Positions 43,427 to 52,545 of a stretch of DNA of 64,000 nucleotides are shown here, piece after piece. The stretch is from the IMG/VR virus record IMGVR_UViG_3300031992_000019; one strand, given 5' to 3'. The position numbers and the translations under genes were made by a program. Source of the stretch: a virus. Its lineage: Duplodnaviria; Caudoviricetes. The notes under the pieces are model-generated. The model searched no databases, was not told the DNA's origin, and was given only the letters and a program-made list of their open reading frames with translations. Each line of letters opens with the position of its first letter. The first letter of the stretch is position 1.

Positions 43427-43621
43427 TTATACTTTATTTCTTTCATAGTCCTTTATTTCCTTTATCTTGTAGTCGGCATCGTCGGTCGCGTCCCTCAACT
43501 CCCTTTTAAGAGCCTTCTTCGCCTTCTTTATCGTGTCGAAAATCTCACTGCAATAACAAGAAGACCATTCGCCCCAGCCTTTGCCGACATAGTAGTGCCT
43601 AAATATTATCGCGTATTTCAT
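43427..43621 (-). CDS. Hypothetical protein
   Basis: Operon continuity. Confidence 0.62.
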   Translation of the reverse strand: MKYAIIFRHYYVGKGWGEWSSCYCSEIFDTIKKAKKALKRELRDATDDADYKIKEIKDYERNKV

Positions 43622-43851
43622 AACTTGGATAGGAACTCATTCATCTTTCCGTACAACTCCTTGTAGGTCTTGGCTTCAAAACCGACTTTGGATGTGATGT
43701 TGTCTTTCGTAAATGTGATGGCAGCCACCCAGCCGTTTCCACCATAAATGGGCGATTCCCACTTTTTGCAGTAATGGATATAAAGTTCGTTGATACATTC
43801 GGGGTTGAACTCGAATACGACAGGTTGCTTGATTTGTTCGAGGAGGTTCAT
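43618..43851 (-). CDS. Hypothetical protein
   Basis: Start MNLLEQ. Confidence 0.62.
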   Translation of the reverse strand: MNLLEQIKQPVVFEFNPECINELYIHYCKKWESPIYGGNGWVAAITFTKDNITSKVGFEAKTYKELYGKMNEFLSKL

Positions 43852-43983
43852 AGTCTTATCTTTTTTTCTTGTCATTGGGAACGCGGGCAAAGTCCTTGCA
43901 GTAGAAGGTCATAAGTTTGCCAAGTCTATCCCCATTGGTACATTTGCATAGCCTTTGACAAAAATAGCAGCATTTATACTTTT

Positions 43984-44259
43984 TCATTCGTTTCGGAGTA
44001 TTACAATTTCCTTGCCAAGTGATTTCGCTATCCTCTCGGCACAATCCTTGCAGAACAACTGGTTCAGCGAGCCTTTAATCATCCCGATATAGGTGTATTC
44101 TTCATCTTGGAACTTGTGCCCGCACTTGAAGCAAGTCTTCTGGAGGGAGAGGCTATGTCTTGTCCGCACCTCTTTGTGGACATCGTATTTGAGGAATCGC
44201 GCTATCTGCGTGACCTCATACCTCTTGATGGTGGTCTTGGTGATGATATGGTCGTTCAT
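43984..44259 (-). CDS. Zinc-finger-like protein
   Basis: CFKC..CKDC. Confidence 0.68.
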   Translation of the reverse strand: MNDHIITKTTIKRYEVTQIARFLKYDVHKEVRTRHSLSLQKTCFKCGHKFQDEEYTYIGMIKGSLNQLFCKDCAERIAKSLGKEIVILRNE

Positions 44260-44263
44260 AGTC

Positions 44264-44710
44264 TTATTTGAAGTTACTCATATCCCAGTACCCGACAACG
44301 GCTTTCTCACCGCAATTCCAAGTGTCTAACACCACCCCGTCCACACACGCGCAGACGTGATTCGCGATTTGGATGATGTACTTACCCTTGTGGCTCTTCG
44401 CGAAGTTAAGCACCGTCATTCTGGGTTTGCCCCTCTCTGCCTTTACAGCCGTCCACGGACACCCACAATCAACGAACCACTTGCGGCAAGCCGATATGTC
44501 ATTAGGCACATAGAAGTCGGCTCTCGCGCGAATTGTGAGCCAATCGAAGGACTCTAACCAAGATATACCCGTAGAGTTGGCTAACGCGCGTATCACGCAG
44601 TCAGCTCGATTCCAGACCATCGTCTTTCGGGACTTGTCGGCAGGATTCGGGTTAGTGTACCGAAAATTGCTCGTGGGAGCATAATATTTTTGAAATCGCT
44701 TATTATCCAT
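44264..44710 (-). CDS. Papain-like/peptidase C39-like phage protein
   Basis: DCVIRALA..HVCACVDG..DTW (Cys-His-Asp). Confidence 0.65.
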   Translation of the reverse strand: MDNKRFQKYYAPTSNFRYTNPNPADKSRKTMVWNRADCVIRALANSTGISWLESFDWLTIRARADFYVPNDISACRKWFVDCGCPWTAVKAERGKPRMTVLNFAKSHKGKYIIQIANHVCACVDGVVLDTWNCGEKAVVGYWDMSNFK

Positions 44711-44712
44711 AG

Positions 44713-45210
44713 TCAAATAAGTTGTGCGCACCAATAGCACGTTTTGTATCTTTTGTCGCTAACTCTACGCTTAAGGCAGCACTGACACCATTCTGGATTA
44801 CCCTTGCGTGATTCGAGTGTTTCTTCGTCAAGTGCCACGTTGAAATTTTGAGGTCTATCCGTTATCTTGTTGCAGCTTGGGCGATACTTTTTGATAAGCT
44901 CATACTCAAGTTCGAGCATATCTTTCTCGTTGTCAAACCTCTTGTACTCTTTGAACACAAGATTTTTGCCATGTGTCTTGTGGTAATACCACCGCGACAA
45001 GGGAAATTGGATTGTTGTGCCGACGTAAATTATCTTGGAGCAATCCTTGTCCTTCTTGCTATACCCGACATACACAAGATACTTGTCCTTTCGGTACTTG
45101 TATTCGGACATGAGCCTCATAAAGTCGGTGAACGATAAAGGATTTGGCTCTTGTCCAAGGTAGTCATTGTAAAGACCAAGTTGGTAATTGCGGAAAACGT
45201 ATTTTGCCAT
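44713..45210 (-). CDS. GIY-YIG-like nuclease
   Basis: LVY..IIYVGTT..RW..H..ELEYELIKKYRPSCN; C-terminal CxxC pair. Confidence 0.72.
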   Translation of the reverse strand: MAKYVFRNYQLGLYNDYLGQEPNPLSFTDFMRLMSEYKYRKDKYLVYVGYSKKDKDCSKIIYVGTTIQFPLSRWYYHKTHGKNLVFKEYKRFDNEKDMLELEYELIKKYRPSCNKITDRPQNFNVALDEETLESRKGNPEWCQCCLKRRVSDKRYKTCYWCAQLI

Positions 45211-45211
45211 A

Positions 45212-45493
45212 TTAGGAGTTCATAGCCTTAATGGTTATCTCTACCATCTTGTCAAGATGCGCCCAGTAGATATCCTCTACCAAGGAGTCCTTGAGGACGT
45301 TTCTCGCGTTGTTGCCGAAGAGAAAGTTCTGCGACCACTCATACGCCTCAACCTTGCCACGGAAGTTGGCGCGGAAACTCTGGTAGGCATCAAAAACATT
45401 CTTGCTATACTTGTTCTCAAGGTGATAGGCGACATACCCGCCAAGGCGGGGGTTAATCTCATTGAAGACCTTCTTTATCTTCTCGATGTTCAT
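45212..45493 (-). CDS. Hypothetical early protein
   Basis: Start MNIEKI after hairpin motif. Confidence 0.68.
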   Translation of the reverse strand: MNIEKIKKVFNEINPRLGGYVAYHLENKYSKNVFDAYQSFRANFRGKVEAYEWSQNFLFGNNARNVLKDSLVEDIYWAHLDKMVEITIKAMNS

Positions 45494-45524
45494 TGCTTTA
45501 TTTTGTTGTGGGTAGTTGGTTGGA

Positions 45525-45713
45525 CTACACGTGACCTTTGACATAATCACACTCAACCGCGTTCTCTGCGGGATAATTCTTCTTGTTGTATGGGCAACAA
45601 GACTTGCACCATATAGACCCTATATAGGCAGCACCATTGCGCTCGTTCGGGCATCTTGTGAGGCATCGGCATTCAAAATCCGTCTTCTTTATATCATAAT
45701 ACAACTTTGCCAT
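45525..45713 (-). CDS. Small Cys-rich protein
   Basis: CLTRCP..IGSIWCKSCCP. Confidence 0.62.
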   Translation of the reverse strand: MAKLYYDIKKTDFECRCLTRCPNERNGAAYIGSIWCKSCCPYNKKNYPAENAVECDYVKGHV

Positions 45714-45754
45714 AATAGAATTATTGTGGGCGGCTGGTTAGACCGCCCGTGACC

Positions 45755-46051
45755 TTAAAATATCTTCGGCTTTGACTCTATAAGCCGTTTGCCGTAGGCG
45801 CAAGCCTCTTTATCGTCAGTGTAGCACACAATACCAGTGAGGTGTCCGAAAATCGGGTGCTTGTAAAGAAAGAAAATCACTGGCTTGCCGTCCAATGTGT
45901 AGGCTACAAGTCCGTTGTTGAGGTGATAGTCACCCTCATAAAGATTAACCAAGTCAGTGCCAAGGTCATCTTCTAACTTGCCGTGGGCATACACGTAAGG
46001 CACTCTTTTGCCATACTCGCCATCACCATAAACTCTTGCATCGTGTACCAT
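45755..46051 (-). CDS. Hypothetical early protein
   Basis: First gene after class B promoter 46112-46104. Confidence 0.72.
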   Translation of the reverse strand: MVHDARVYGDGEYGKRVPYVYAHGKLEDDLGTDLVNLYEGDYHLNNGLVAYTLDGKPVIFFLYKHPIFGHLTGIVCYTDDKEACAYGKRLIESKPKIF

Positions 46052-46103
46052 ACATTATAGTATTAAGAACTCGGCTCGCCCGCCGTGGGATTTTTTTAAC
46101 ACC

Positions 46104-46160
46104 GCAAATATACGACATTGTGTTGGATTATCCAATAGTTACATAGAATAATCCAACAAT
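46104..46160 (-). promoter_or_regulatory. Class B (early-type) promoter with TTGGAT-T-ATCCAA palindrome
   Basis: TATATTTGC 46112-46104; palindrome 46123-46135. Confidence 0.65.
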
Positions 46161-46172
46161 TTACCTATATAT

Positions 46173-46376
46173 TTAACTTTCGTTAACTTGTTTTGACAAG
46201 TCGAGTTGCTTAAAGTTGACAAAACTATTCAGGTAGCACCGCGAAGGATTGCCCTCACCGATATAATTGATGATATGTTTGCCCTCTCGCTTGTATTCGA
46301 GGTGTCGATGATAGTGTATGCAGTCCTTTTTCTTCGCGCAACACGCACCCGTACACGGCTCACGATACTTTTGCAT
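46173..46376 (-). CDS. Small Cys-rich protein
   Basis: Operon continuity. Confidence 0.58.
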   Translation of the reverse strand: MQKYREPCTGACCAKKKDCIHYHRHLEYKREGKHIINYIGEGNPSRCYLNSFVNFKQLDLSKQVNES

Positions 46377-46956
46377 TCTTCTTTCCTATGCTTATGTTCT
46401 TGTTTCTTCTTTCCTTGAGGGCGGCGGGCAGTTTCTTCCAGTTCGCCTTGTACTTCTCCACCGCCCCGTTCTCGATGGCCTTTCTTCGTATCTGGCTCAT
46501 CTTCTCGCTGAACTCCCTCTTCCTCTCCTCCGACCAGTTCCTCTTTGTCTCCGCGCCCTTTCTGGCGATGTCAATACGAGTAGCGAGTTTCGTCTTTCTT
46601 CCCTTCTCAATCCTCGCCTTTCTCTGCTCGGGTGTCTCGTTCATGATGTAGTCGGTTATCTTTCCGTCCCTATACTTGTACCTCTTCGGGGTCAGTCGGG
46701 AGCATAGCGTCCCGTAGCGGAGGTTCTTCATTCTCGTCTCGTGGAGGAAATACGGGTCTTTGACCAGACCGAGTTCCTTGACCTTGTATTGCAGGGTGGA
46801 TAACCCGATGCCCAACTCGGCAGCGAGTTCCTTGTTGGTGGTGAAGGGATAAAGCCTCTTTAACTTTTCAAGCATCGCGGGTGACCAATATAACTTTGTG
46901 CCATCGCCAGAACTGCGCATAACGAGTTGTCCTTTGCTATTCTTCCAGATTTTCAT
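46360..46956 (-). CDS. Basic DNA-binding protein (HTH plus NUMOD3-like repeats)
   Basis: YPFTTNKELAAELG; SEERKREFSE. Confidence 0.65.
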   Translation of the reverse strand: MKIWKNSKGQLVMRSSGDGTKLYWSPAMLEKLKRLYPFTTNKELAAELGIGLSTLQYKVKELGLVKDPYFLHETRMKNLRYGTLCSRLTPKRYKYRDGKITDYIMNETPEQRKARIEKGRKTKLATRIDIARKGAETKRNWSEERKREFSEKMSQIRRKAIENGAVEKYKANWKKLPAALKERRNKNISIGKKNAKVS

Positions 46957-46966
46957 GTTTTCTTTT

Positions 46967-46994
46967 ATAACGCACGAAAAGGGTTTTTATTTAC
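46967..46994 (-). promoter_or_regulatory. Class C promoter GTAAA-N17-CGTTAT
   Basis: 17-nt spacer; directly upstream of 46956. Confidence 0.72.
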
Positions 46995-47022
46995 AAAAAA
47001 AAGCAGCCAATCTCACGACTGA

Positions 47023-47451
47023 CTACCTTCTGTGAAATAACACAACCATTAAAACCAATAAAACCAATATTCCTATAAACCAATAATATCTATATGAGTT
47101 CTTTATCGTTGTCTTCTCCGCGTCTATTTTTTCTTTCTCCACCTCGACCTTCTCCTCCACATAGGTAAGGGTGTCCTTTATCTGGGTTGTTGTCTGCGTG
47201 GTGTCCCTCTGGACTATCTCCGCGACCAATGGGGAATAAAACCCACCGCCCGTGTCCTTCGCCAAGGAGGTGTCATAGATGTAGATGTGCAGCTCACCTA
47301 TCTTGCTCTCGTCTATCACCGAATACTTTCCGAGATTGAGCTGCGAGGCTAATTCCGTGGCTGAATAGTGCGTTCCCGTATAATGTTCGACTTTCTTCGT
47401 GGTCTTGCACGATACGAACAGAATTAGGATAAGGAGCAATATCTTCTTCAT
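47023..47451 (-). CDS. Spanin-like lipoprotein with C-terminal TM helix
   Basis: MKKILL..FVSC lipobox plus C-terminal TM; follows endolysin. Confidence 0.7.
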   Translation of the reverse strand: MKKILLLILILFVSCKTTKKVEHYTGTHYSATELASQLNLGKYSVIDESKIGELHIYIYDTSLAKDTGGGFYSPLVAEIVQRDTTQTTTQIKDTLTYVEEKVEVEKEKIDAEKTTIKNSYRYYWFIGILVLLVLMVVLFHRR

Positions 47452-47942
47452 GTCCAAGTGCTGCTTATTTCAATGACTATCTTCTCTCTTGCGGACTTCA
47501 AGATGTTGTAGAGTTTCTTGAAGGCTGGTACTGACGAACCTCCCTTGAGCATATAGGGGTATTTCTCGTGCCTTTCCCCAGTTAAGACACACCCATAGGA
47601 ATCCGATGTAAAGTTCCCGCTATGCAGAAGGATGCCCTCAAAGAAGGGAACATTCAATATCCTCGGCATATATCCCTCGGTAAAGGCAAGCGCGTGCCTC
47701 GGGTTCTTCTTTATCTTCTCCGTGTACTTCGGGGACGGGGAAATCCTTATCTCATACACACCCTCTGGGATGCACGTCTCCCCGTACACCTTGGTCTCCT
47801 TTTTCCCGAGGACACCCATGAGGTCGCGCCATTGGTCTTCGAGGGTGTTGCAGATGAACCTGTCCTTGTTCCCCTCGTTGAGATACAAAGAGCCAGCGGT
47901 GTATGTCTTTCCGCGAATCGTCCTAATCAGTCTTATCTTCAT
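47448..47942 (-). CDS. Putative endolysin (DUF5675-like)
   Basis: TLED, TCIPEGVY, GILLHSGN..DSYGCVL. Confidence 0.78.
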   Translation of the reverse strand: MKIRLIRTIRGKTYTAGSLYLNEGNKDRFICNTLEDQWRDLMGVLGKKETKVYGETCIPEGVYEIRISPSPKYTEKIKKNPRHALAFTEGYMPRILNVPFFEGILLHSGNFTSDSYGCVLTGERHEKYPYMLKGGSSVPAFKKLYNILKSAREKIVIEISSTWT

Positions 47943-48420
47943 CTTTCAAAGAGTTAATGGCTTCCCCGAACTCCTCGATATGCCGTGATGCCTTGTTCAC
48001 CATAAACTTCTGAAGGAACTTCGCCCAAGAGCGAGGGTTTTCCGAACTCTCGTTCTCAAGGATGCTCCACACTTGATACAATGAGAATCCACCAGCCATA
48101 AAGTTGGCGAGGTACATGTCAAGGAACGGGAAAATAACGGTATCTATCAAGTGACAAGTCAGTATGAGGGAGTAGATAATCAAAAGGGTAGGAAAGCACT
48201 TCCACGCCTTCTCACTCTCGAACTTGTCATGGATTTTATCGTCAGGGATTTCGGGATGATGCCTCCTCACCCTCTTGGCTAATCTCCACGCGGAGATGGC
48301 ATCAATGAATACTGCAAAAAGACACACCAGGGCGAATGGGAGCGTTGGCTCAAGATAACCCCATACTCCCCCTAAAATAAAGAAAAGCCATCTGGCGATT
48401 ATGCTGGGAATTTCGTTCAT
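47923..48420 (-). CDS. Holin
   Basis: Three TM segments, WSILEN; class A promoter upstream. Confidence 0.82.
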   Translation of the reverse strand: MNEIPSIIARWLFFILGGVWGYLEPTLPFALVCLFAVFIDAISAWRLAKRVRRHHPEIPDDKIHDKFESEKAWKCFPTLLIIYSLILTCHLIDTVIFPFLDMYLANFMAGGFSLYQVWSILENESSENPRSWAKFLQKFMVNKASRHIEEFGEAINSLKDEDKTD

Positions 48421-48433
48421 TTCTTTTTTTGGT

Positions 48434-48504
48434 GCAAAGATAGAGAATATTTCCCACATGTCAACCGAAACGGCTTTTTACTTTGTCACAAAAAATTATC
48501 GTGC
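48434..48504 (-). promoter_or_regulatory. Class A promoter of the lysis cassette
   Basis: TATCTTTGC 48442-48434; TCAC-N11-GTGC 48486-48504. Confidence 0.7.
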
Positions 48505-48529
48505 AATAAAGAAAGGGATAGTCGGTTGA

Positions 48530-48820
48530 CTACCCCTCTATGATATCCACCCATCCAGATGAAATCGTTGTCAGAATTGCAGGGTCAAGATTGCCCAGAG
48601 AATTGAACACCTCGTCTGCCGATTTTTTGGAGTATGTGGTGACGATAAGACTCGCCGCCTCGCCAGTGATTTCGTGGTATTCCGTTTCGTGCGTCTTGCA
48701 CCACTCCACCGCCTTGTCGTGCCAGTTTTTGTTGAAAAACACGAACGCCTGGCTGATAGGTTCGCCATCCTTGTACTCTTCTGCCCTCTTTCGGGGGTTC
48801 TCTACTTCTTGGTATCGCAT
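48530..48820 (-). CDS. Hypothetical protein
   Basis: Start MRYQEV. Confidence 0.62.
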   Translation of the reverse strand: MRYQEVENPRKRAEEYKDGEPISQAFVFFNKNWHDKAVEWCKTHETEYHEITGEAASLIVTTYSKKSADEVFNSLGNLDPAILTTISSGWVDIIEG

Positions 48821-49143
48821 AACTTTCCGATTTTGATGATTATTACTTTGCAGTCTGGTGCGCCCCATTTGGGGTTGCCGACACCGATGCTTATATTTCT
48901 TATCTCATAGGTCATTGTCCGCTTTGTATAACCGTAGCGGAATCTGACGTGGGTAAAGTCCTTAGGCTTGAGGTACGGGGGTATCTCGCAACGGCAGATG
49001 TTGGAGCAAGGTAACTTTGCTGGATTACAATCGAAGATGCGTTTCATCCAGAAGGGTTTAATCTCGCGGTACTCTTCTCTCTTTATCCCCGACTCAATCA
49101 TTTCGTACCACTCTTTCTTGAGGGGGAGGTCTAATACTTTCAT
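48802..49143 (-). CDS. ASCH domain protein (second copy)
   Basis: LPLKKEWYEMIESGIKREEYREIKPFW, FRYGY. Confidence 0.82.
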   Translation of the reverse strand: MKVLDLPLKKEWYEMIESGIKREEYREIKPFWMKRIFDCNPAKLPCSNICRCEIPPYLKPKDFTHVRFRYGYTKRTMTYEIRNISIGVGNPKWGAPDCKVIIIKIGKLCDTKK

Positions 49144-49827
49144 TCTTGCTTATTGATGCAGCCATCGCATCTTTTGATTATTCGTTTCTCGTTATCTACA
49201 CACGCTTCGTTTATTTCTCCACGGCTTGTTCCAACCCACGGGAGGAACTTGGGGCAATGATGTTTCGGTCTCATCTTGGAAAATAGTTTTTACATTCGTC
49301 ACACCGATTACACAAGTATTCGTGAGGATTGTTATATCCTTTGTCTGCAAAGCAGTATGCGCCATAAGAATCGTCTGGCTCGTGCCACTCTACGCACGTC
49401 TTGCATAGCGGTCTTTTTGCGCCTTTATTCGGTTTCATAGGTCAATCGGTTTTATTTACATTCATTCTCTTTACCCACTCTTCAAGCGGTTCTTTGCTCT
49501 TGGAGCGGTTCTTGTAGTCGGGGCAATAACTATCATCATTGGTATTGTGCCGCCACATATAGCAATATGCCCCATCGTGCCACCAGCACTTTCTGCATCG
49601 TCCGTGGTTCATTCTTCGTCATAGTCGTTAAGTCCGTTCTCATCGCGGTAATATTTCGCGAAGAGGGGACACCTCATACAATCACACCCGCAGTCGGGGT
49701 TCTTCTCACACAATCTCTCTAATTCGTACTCGGTCATTTTGTTTGCCCTACACGGGACTTTGGTTTATTGGTTGGTAGTTTATGCGTTTGCTTGATAAAG
49801 TCGCACTACGTGCGATAATAGAGGCAT

Positions 49828-50142
49828 CTACACACCTTTGTTCAGATATCGGCGCAAAGCCTTGATATCAACGGTTGAATGAAAGGTGTCGGTTGTTGCA
49901 TCATACTTGGTAGCATTGTTTTCGAGCCACTTGCAAATAAGGTCAAGCATCGTGTCACTACCTGCGATATATGCCGCTCTCGCCAGATTTTCGCTACTTT
50001 TATCATAACAAAAGCAGTTTTCATCTACCCACTTGTCGGCATACTTGTCTATCACATTCTTGCTATTCAACACAATTTCATTTTTATGCTCATCAAAGAA
50101 CTTTTCACTTATAGCCTTAAGGTCAATATTCTTTTTCTTCAT
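49828..50142 (-). CDS. Hypothetical protein
   Basis: AAYIAG..CKWLENN pattern. Confidence 0.65.
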   Translation of the reverse strand: MKKKNIDLKAISEKFFDEHKNEIVLNSKNVIDKYADKWVDENCFCYDKSSENLARAAYIAGSDTMLDLICKWLENNATKYDATTDTFHSTVDIKALRRYLNKGV

Positions 50143-50192
50143 AGTCCTATTCGATTTCGTTTTGTGGGCAAGTGGTTGGCTTGCCCGTTACC

Positions 50193-50879
50193 TTAAACAT
50201 AAGAATGGTAGTCGTAGCCATCGTGCAAGTTGCGGCACATATCGTCCGTGTTCTTGACATAGGACTTGCAAGCGTCGAGGCTGACCTCAATCGGGGTGAA
50301 ACCCTCGATAACCTTGCAGTTGTCGATGTTGATGTAGAGCTTGTCCTTGCCGTTGGCAAAGGTGTCGCCATACACCAGAGGACGCACGAGAACGAGGTTC
50401 TCATTGGCGCAGGGGATAGTGTACGGACGATAGTTCGCGATGGCGAGGATGGCAGATGCACGCCACCCCATATTGGACTTGCGGGTAGTACCACCGAACT
50501 GGCTCTTGCCCACCCAAGTGACCTTGCCCTTGATGCCCTTGTACTTGCCAGATGTGACCTCGACAATCTGACCGACCTTCTGGACGCGGCGAGAGGCATT
50601 GTATGCCTCAACCTCGGCATTGTACTTGGCTTGGCACTCGGCTGCACGCTTCTCGATACGCGCGGCTACCGACTTGTGGTAGAGAGCCTTGATTTCGTCG
50701 GTCATCGGGACAATCTCGGCATTGGGTTCAAACTTCTCGCCCCAGCCAGAGCCGACCTTTTCGCGGGTAATCTCGCCCGTCTCGATGTCGATATATGTAT
50801 AGACCGTGTACCAAGCGCAAGCCATATCGGTCATTGGGTCATCGTAGTTGTAGGTGCTGATGATAGCAATCTTCTTCAT
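50193..50879 (-). CDS. Early protein with KOW/SH3-like segment
   Basis: VGQIVEVTSGKYKGIKGKV; class B promoter 50946-50938. Confidence 0.75.
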   Translation of the reverse strand: MKKIAIISTYNYDDPMTDMACAWYTVYTYIDIETGEITREKVGSGWGEKFEPNAEIVPMTDEIKALYHKSVAARIEKRAAECQAKYNAEVEAYNASRRVQKVGQIVEVTSGKYKGIKGKVTWVGKSQFGGTTRKSNMGWRASAILAIANYRPYTIPCANENLVLVRPLVYGDTFANGKDKLYINIDNCKVIEGFTPIEVSLDACKSYVKNTDDMCRNLHDGYDYHSYV

Positions 50880-51060
50880 AGTAGTAAGAGTATTAAGAAC
50901 TCGGCTACCCCGCCGTGGGTTTGTCTTGTTTGACACCGCAAAGATACATATTATCATTTAACCATCCAATAGTTTTATAATAATATCCAATATTTTTCCA
51001 ATTATTTAACTTTCTTTAACTTGGTTTGATAACTATAAATAACAAATGAGGGCGCGTTGT

Positions 51061-51444
51061 TCACGCACCCCCACAAATAACCATTGCTGCTGCTGGAAAC
51101 ATCCTTCTCGCTATCTCGCCTTGAAGATACGCGACCTTCTCGCCCCACGGGTCTAAATCGTAGAACTCGCTCAAGTGGTCGGCTGCGTGTCTTGTCTCGT
51201 GAGAGATGGAATCGTACATCTCTTCCGCGCTATCGGTCTGGGATATGGCGATAATCGTGATGTGCTTCCGAAAGTTCGTGAACGTATATCCGCAATTCAC
51301 GTCTTTAAGAACCTCACAAGCCTCGTCCGCTCCCTTGTCACCCGTCTTTACAAGCCTTCTATGTACGGTGGGCAGATTCCCCTCCCTCACGTCATAATAG
51401 ACGATGAAGTACCAGTCCTTCAAGCCGAACCCTTGGGTAATCAT
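51061..51444 (-). CDS. HExxH-containing protein
   Basis: SISHETRH..GEKVAYL. Confidence 0.7.
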   Translation of the reverse strand: MITQGFGLKDWYFIVYYDVREGNLPTVHRRLVKTGDKGADEACEVLKDVNCGYTFTNFRKHITIIAISQTDSAEEMYDSISHETRHAADHLSEFYDLDPWGEKVAYLQGEIARRMFPAAAMVICGGA

Positions 51445-51833
51445 AGAAACCTCTCCCACATGATAGGCACACCCGCCTTGGTCGTCTTCGCTTGAAAGCA
51501 ATCCAAGACATCGGACGGGTCGCCATCGGGGTCGATGAGGGTTTCCTCGACAAACGAACACTTGAGTTTGTCAGTACCCAAGGTCTTCGGGTAGTCGGCG
51601 ATAGCCATCATAAAGAGGTAATAGGCGGTGTAGATGAGCTGCTCTGGGAGTTCCACTCCGTTGGTCTTGAGTATCTCCTCCACCTCCTCCACGCTCCTTG
51701 GTGTCAAAGGCTTCATCTTTCCCGACACATCCCTCATCCTCATATTGTCAACCGCCCATTTTGCGAGTTTGCGGCTGAACAACCCTTGGTAGGTGTCGCG
51801 GTAGATGGCCTCCTCATCGGACATATACCTCAT
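51441..51833 (-). CDS. Hypothetical phage protein
   Basis: FSRKLAKWAV..M..ADY..DPDG; ATGA overlaps. Confidence 0.72.
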   Translation of the reverse strand: MRYMSDEEAIYRDTYQGLFSRKLAKWAVDNMRMRDVSGKMKPLTPRSVEEVEEILKTNGVELPEQLIYTAYYLFMMAIADYPKTLGTDKLKCSFVEETLIDPDGDPSDVLDCFQAKTTKAGVPIMWERFL

Positions 51834-51979
51834 TTGTGTTCCTTCTCGCAGTCCTTCCAACCCTGTTCGTAACCCTTCTCGTAACCATCGCGGTAGTTGG
51901 AGCCAGTGCCACGCATGTTCCTGCGCATTTGCGAGCGCATCTCTTCTTCGTTTTCCTTATCTACGAAAATCCATCCCAT
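51830..51979 (-). CDS. Small protein (49 aa)
   Basis: MGWIFVD..YRDGYEKGYEQGW. Confidence 0.62.
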   Translation of the reverse strand: MGWIFVDKENEEEMRSQMRRNMRGTGSNYRDGYEKGYEQGWKDCEKEHK

Positions 51980-51994
51980 AGTTTTGTAAGTTTT

Positions 51995-52543
51995 TTAGGA
52001 TTCCTTCTTCTTGGTGAGTTGCCGAAGCATTTGCAGCATCTCCGTGTTCTGCGCCTTGAGTTCCGAGAGTTGCTTGTCTTGCGCGTCCTGCTTCTCTTGG
52101 AGGGACTGGATGACCCTCGCGTTCTGCTTCGACTCCGCGTACTGCGGATTAAGACCCTCGACCATCTTCTCGAACTCGGGGAGTGCCCTATTGTGGTAGG
52201 GTACTTGCGACAATGCCTTCTTCGACTCTTGCATCATCCCGTCGATGGCTTGGAGCATAGCCTCGCGACTGCCAGAGAAGACCATATCGCCCTTTGAGGC
52301 AATCTCCACACCCAAGGGTATGTCGGTGAAGGTGATGTCCTTTCCGTTAACGGATGCGATGATGTCAATCACTTGCTGCGTCTGTAGTCCCGCCATCAGG
52401 TTAGGGGTCTGTGTGGGAAACTTGACGTGAGGCTGGCTCTTTGACTTGACGATGCCCATTTCGAGGGTGGGAGTGCCTTCGAGCATGTCACCCCTTTTAA
52501 GAATGTAGAACGGATTACCGCTCCCAAGACTGTTGAAATCCAT
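51995..52543 (-). CDS. Hypothetical coiled-coil protein
   Basis: LNPQYA followed by coiled coil. Confidence 0.75.
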   Translation of the reverse strand: MDFNSLGSGNPFYILKRGDMLEGTPTLEMGIVKSKSQPHVKFPTQTPNLMAGLQTQQVIDIIASVNGKDITFTDIPLGVEIASKGDMVFSGSREAMLQAIDGMMQESKKALSQVPYHNRALPEFEKMVEGLNPQYAESKQNARVIQSLQEKQDAQDKQLSELKAQNTEMLQMLRQLTKKKES

Positions 52544-52545
52544 AG

